7,672 nt of DNA from Candidatus Iainarchaeum sp. (GTDB lineage: Archaea > Iainarchaeota > Iainarchaeia > Iainarchaeales > CSSED10-239): the NCBI GenBank assembly GCA_028693335.1, contig JAQUVR010000028.1, forward strand, positions 1 through 7,672, in the 5' to 3' direction. Below are positions 6,299-7,672 of this stretch, in pieces. The translations under genes and the position numbers were made by a program. The notes under the pieces were generated by a model. The model ran no database searches and was not told where the DNA came from. It was given only the letters and a program-made list of their open reading frames with translations. Each line of letters opens with the position of its first letter. Position 1 is the first letter of the stretch.

Positions 6299-6814
6299 AT
6301 GGACACCAGTAAAATTGCACAATATTTATTATTTCCTGGAATTATAATACATGAATTAGCTCACGCATTTGCGTGTGTAATATTAAATGTCCCAATAAAA
6401 AAAATCAAATGGGTTGGTAAAGATGGAGGGTATGTGGTTCATGAAAACTCCAAATCCTATAAAATTATTATTATAGCATTATTTCCATTTTTATTTAACA
6501 TTCTAGTATCATTAATATTTGCAAGATTATTTATATTAAATGAAGATATATTTGTAAAATTGTTATCAGTGTGGTTAGCATCATCTGCGTTATTTTTTTG
6601 CGTACCAAGTTCTCAAGATACAGATAATTGCATATCAACTTTAAAAGAAAGCTATACTAAAAAACAAAGTTTTTTAGAAATTTTAATAAAGATCTTATTA
6701 TTTCCAATACCTTTGGCAATATTAATAATCTCTTATATATTTAAAATATTGGATAAATTTACATTATTTAGGGTGTTTTTAATAGTTTTTTGGTTCTATT
6801 TGTTTATTATCTAA
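6299..6814 (+). CDS. Polytopic membrane zinc metalloprotease, HExxH type (minimal site-2-protease / M50-like or DUF3267-like)
   Basis: 171-aa ORF with about five hydrophobic segments. HELAH (His18-His22, nt 6350-6364) is embedded in the first, in FPGIIIHELAHAFACVILNV, which resembles the M50 motif hhHELGHA. A possible third-ligand region is FFCVPSSQDTDN (Pro103, Asp107, Asp109, nt 6605-6625), loosely like the S2P motif N-x-x-P-x-x-x-LDG. It starts 4 nt after the previous stop. Confidence 0.55.
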   Translation: MDTSKIAQYLLFPGIIIHELAHAFACVILNVPIKKIKWVGKDGGYVVHENSKSYKIIIIALFPFLFNILVSLIFARLFILNEDIFVKLLSVWLASSALFFCVPSSQDTDNCISTLKESYTKKQSFLEILIKILLFPIPLAILIISYIFKILDKFTLFRVFLIVFWFYLFII

Positions 6815-6892
6815 AATAATTATATTTAAATAGATTCCTAAACAAAATAATATATACAATAAACTCTTATTTTTAATTAAAAGGAAAATAAC
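6815..6892 (+). promoter_or_regulatory. rpoK upstream region with a candidate TATA element and a Shine-Dalgarno
   Basis: A/T boxes lie at 6817-6831 (AATTATATTTAAATA) and 6847-6858 (AATAATATATAC). AAGGA at 6881-6885 sits 7 nt upstream of the rpoK ATG (6893). A weak T5 run at 6870-6874 could alternatively mark the end of the upstream operon. Confidence 0.35.
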
Positions 6893-7093
6893 ATGGAATT
6901 AACAAAATATGAAATAACCAGATTAATATCTGCAAGGGCTCAACAACTATCTTGTGGAGCACCAGCATTAGTTAAAACAAATAAAGAGAGTACAGCTTAT
7001 ACTATTTCAAAGGATGAATTTGATAATAAAACAATTCCTTTGGCAATAATAAGAACAAAAAACAATAAAAAAGAAATAATTACAATAAATTAG
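6893..7093 (+). CDS. rpoK: DNA-directed RNA polymerase subunit K (Rpo6, omega homologue)
   Basis: 66-aa ORF. LTKYEITRLISARAQQLSCGAPALV...TIPLAIIR matches the conserved RpoK/Rpb6 core (T-YE-ARiIgaRAlQls-GAP ... iP--i-R). Confidence 0.85.
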   Translation: MELTKYEITRLISARAQQLSCGAPALVKTNKESTAYTISKDEFDNKTIPLAIIRTKNNKKEIITIN

Positions 7094-7107
7094 AAGGTGT
7101 GTTTATA

Positions 7108-7377
7108 ATGGGTAAGGCAATGTCTAATAAGATAAAAGCAAAAGCAAAAATACTATTAAATGAATTTAAAGCAGATTTTGGTACAGATTTTACAAAAAAT
7201 AAAGAATTTTTAAAAACTATGAAATTACCATTATCAAAATTAACAATAAACTTAATGTCTGGATATATTACTAGATATATAAAAAATGAGAAAAAAGAAC
7301 AAGAAGCATTGAAAATAAAAATTCAAGATAATAAGGTTCCTACAAGAGCACCAAAAGATAGAACTATTTCTCACTAG
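7108..7377 (+). CDS. rps17e: 30S ribosomal protein S17e (eS17)
   Basis: MGKAMSNKIKAKAKILLNEFKADFGTDFTKNKEFLKTM..LSKLTINLMSGYITRYIK parallels archaeal S17e (MG--R---VKR-A--l-e-----ft-DF--NK------------lrNkIAGYITR). I place the start at the ATG at 7108, not the GTG at 7099 used by the ORF track. AAGGTG (7094-7099) is then a well-spaced Shine-Dalgarno 8 nt upstream, and the product begins with the canonical MGK. Confidence 0.8.
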   Translation: MGKAMSNKIKAKAKILLNEFKADFGTDFTKNKEFLKTMKLPLSKLTINLMSGYITRYIKNEKKEQEALKIKIQDNKVPTRAPKDRTISH

Positions 7378-7386
7378 TTTTTTTTT
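7378..7386 (+). terminator. Oligo-T (T9) terminator immediately after rps17e
   Basis: TAG (7375-7377) is followed directly by nine T. The tract fills the whole 7-nt gap to the convergent Pelota-like gene and runs 2 nt into its stop codon. Confidence 0.5.
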
Positions 7387-7672
7387 AAATATTTAAAGCA
7401 AATCTTAAATTCGCAACAATTCCTGAAAACGAATTTAAAGATCTGCTTATTTCATGTTCTAAATCAACAACATGAACTTTAGCATTTATTTTTTCAGCAG
7501 ATCTTATTAATTCTTGAATATCATTTAGATTAGATTGCCAAAGTTTTTCAGAAATTAAAATAGTTTCAACAGCGCCCATATCTATTGCTGATTTTATTTG
7601 ATCTAATCCATATACTGCTTTTTTATTATCTTTTCCTAAATTTTCTAAAAAAACATCAAATATTTTTTGTTC
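7385..7672 (-). CDS. pelA: Pelota (Dom34)-like mRNA surveillance protein, C-terminal 95 codons; the N-terminus lies beyond the window end
   Basis: The reading frame stays open to the window end, whereas the ORF track starts at an internal Met. The translation is EQKIFDVFLENLGKDNKKAVYGLDQIKSAIDMGAVETILISEKLWQSNLNDIQELIRSAEKINAKVHVVDLEHEISRSLNSFSGIVANLRFALNI. The motifs AVYGLDQ, GAVETILISE and GIVANLRF mark the eRF1 domain-3 fold shared by Pelota and aRF1. Only about 60 residues follow GAVET, with no Cys-containing insert, which fits Pelota better than aRF1. Confidence 0.65.
   Translation of the reverse strand, partial: EQKIFDVFLENLGKDNKKAVYGLDQIKSAIDMGAVETILISEKLWQSNLNDIQELIRSAEKINAKVHVVDLEHEISRSLNSFSGIVANLRFALNI

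Noticed and set aside
6299-6814. The HExxH membrane protein as the missing prepilin peptidase.
   Set aside because: Known prepilin peptidases (A24: PibD/FlaK/EppA/PilD) are di-aspartyl proteases with a GxGD-type motif. This ORF has a zinc-type HExxH and no such Asp pair, so it is not a canonical prepilin peptidase. A novel role is kept as a hypothesis in the findings.
7099-7107. The GTG start used by the ORF track for rps17e (MFIMGK...).
   Set aside because: The GTG is itself part of the AAGGTG Shine-Dalgarno. The ATG at 7108 is ideally spaced from it and gives the canonical S17e N-terminus MGK.
7385-7672. Alternative call of aRF1 (peptide chain release factor) for the partial minus-strand ORF.
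   Set aside because: aRF1 and Pelota share the GAVETLLISE and LRF/LRY C-terminal domain. As I recall, aRF1 has a much longer segment with a Cys-containing insert after GAVET. Here only about 60 residues follow. This remains uncertain without the N-terminal domains.
1-7672. A search by eye for tRNA, rRNA, CRISPR repeats, transposase or integrase genes and toxin-antitoxin pairs.
   Set aside because: Intergenic spacers are at most 104 bp and A/T-only, with no G+C-rich stems typical of structured RNAs in AT-rich genomes. I found no regularly spaced repeats and no ORF with recombinase or nuclease motifs.

Overview
This is a very A+T-rich, tightly packed archaeal segment. All recognisable genes are archaeal/eukaryotic-type information-processing genes. 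The proteins are short, divergent and rich in Lys/Asn/Ile, which suggests a reduced-genome (DPANN-like) archaeon, but that is inference only. On the minus strand, a zinc-hook Rad50 ATPase (3329-5602) has its own oligo-T terminator. It is followed by a co-directional run of priS (2009-3274), a GINS subunit (1452-2012, ATGA overlap with priS), aIF2-alpha (645-1430) and a PAC2-family proteasome-assembly-chaperone-like gene (1-630, open at the window edge and absent from the ORF track). Divergent from rad50, across a 104-bp A/T spacer, is the one non-housekeeping part of the window, a translationally coupled plus-strand trio (5707-6814). It encodes two type IV pilin-like proteins with class III signal peptides (Glu at +5) and a 171-aa polytopic HExxH membrane metalloprotease resembling a stripped-down site-2 protease. 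No A24 prepilin peptidase, assembly ATPase or platform protein is in view. This trio is my best candidate for something undescribed. Downstream are rpoK (6893-7093) and rps17e (7108-7377). They converge, across a 7-nt all-T spacer, on the 3' end of a Pelota-like gene (7385-7672, partial). I found no tRNA, rRNA, CRISPR array or transposase. mre11 is not beside rad50. All family assignments rest on motif recognition by eye, with no searches run.
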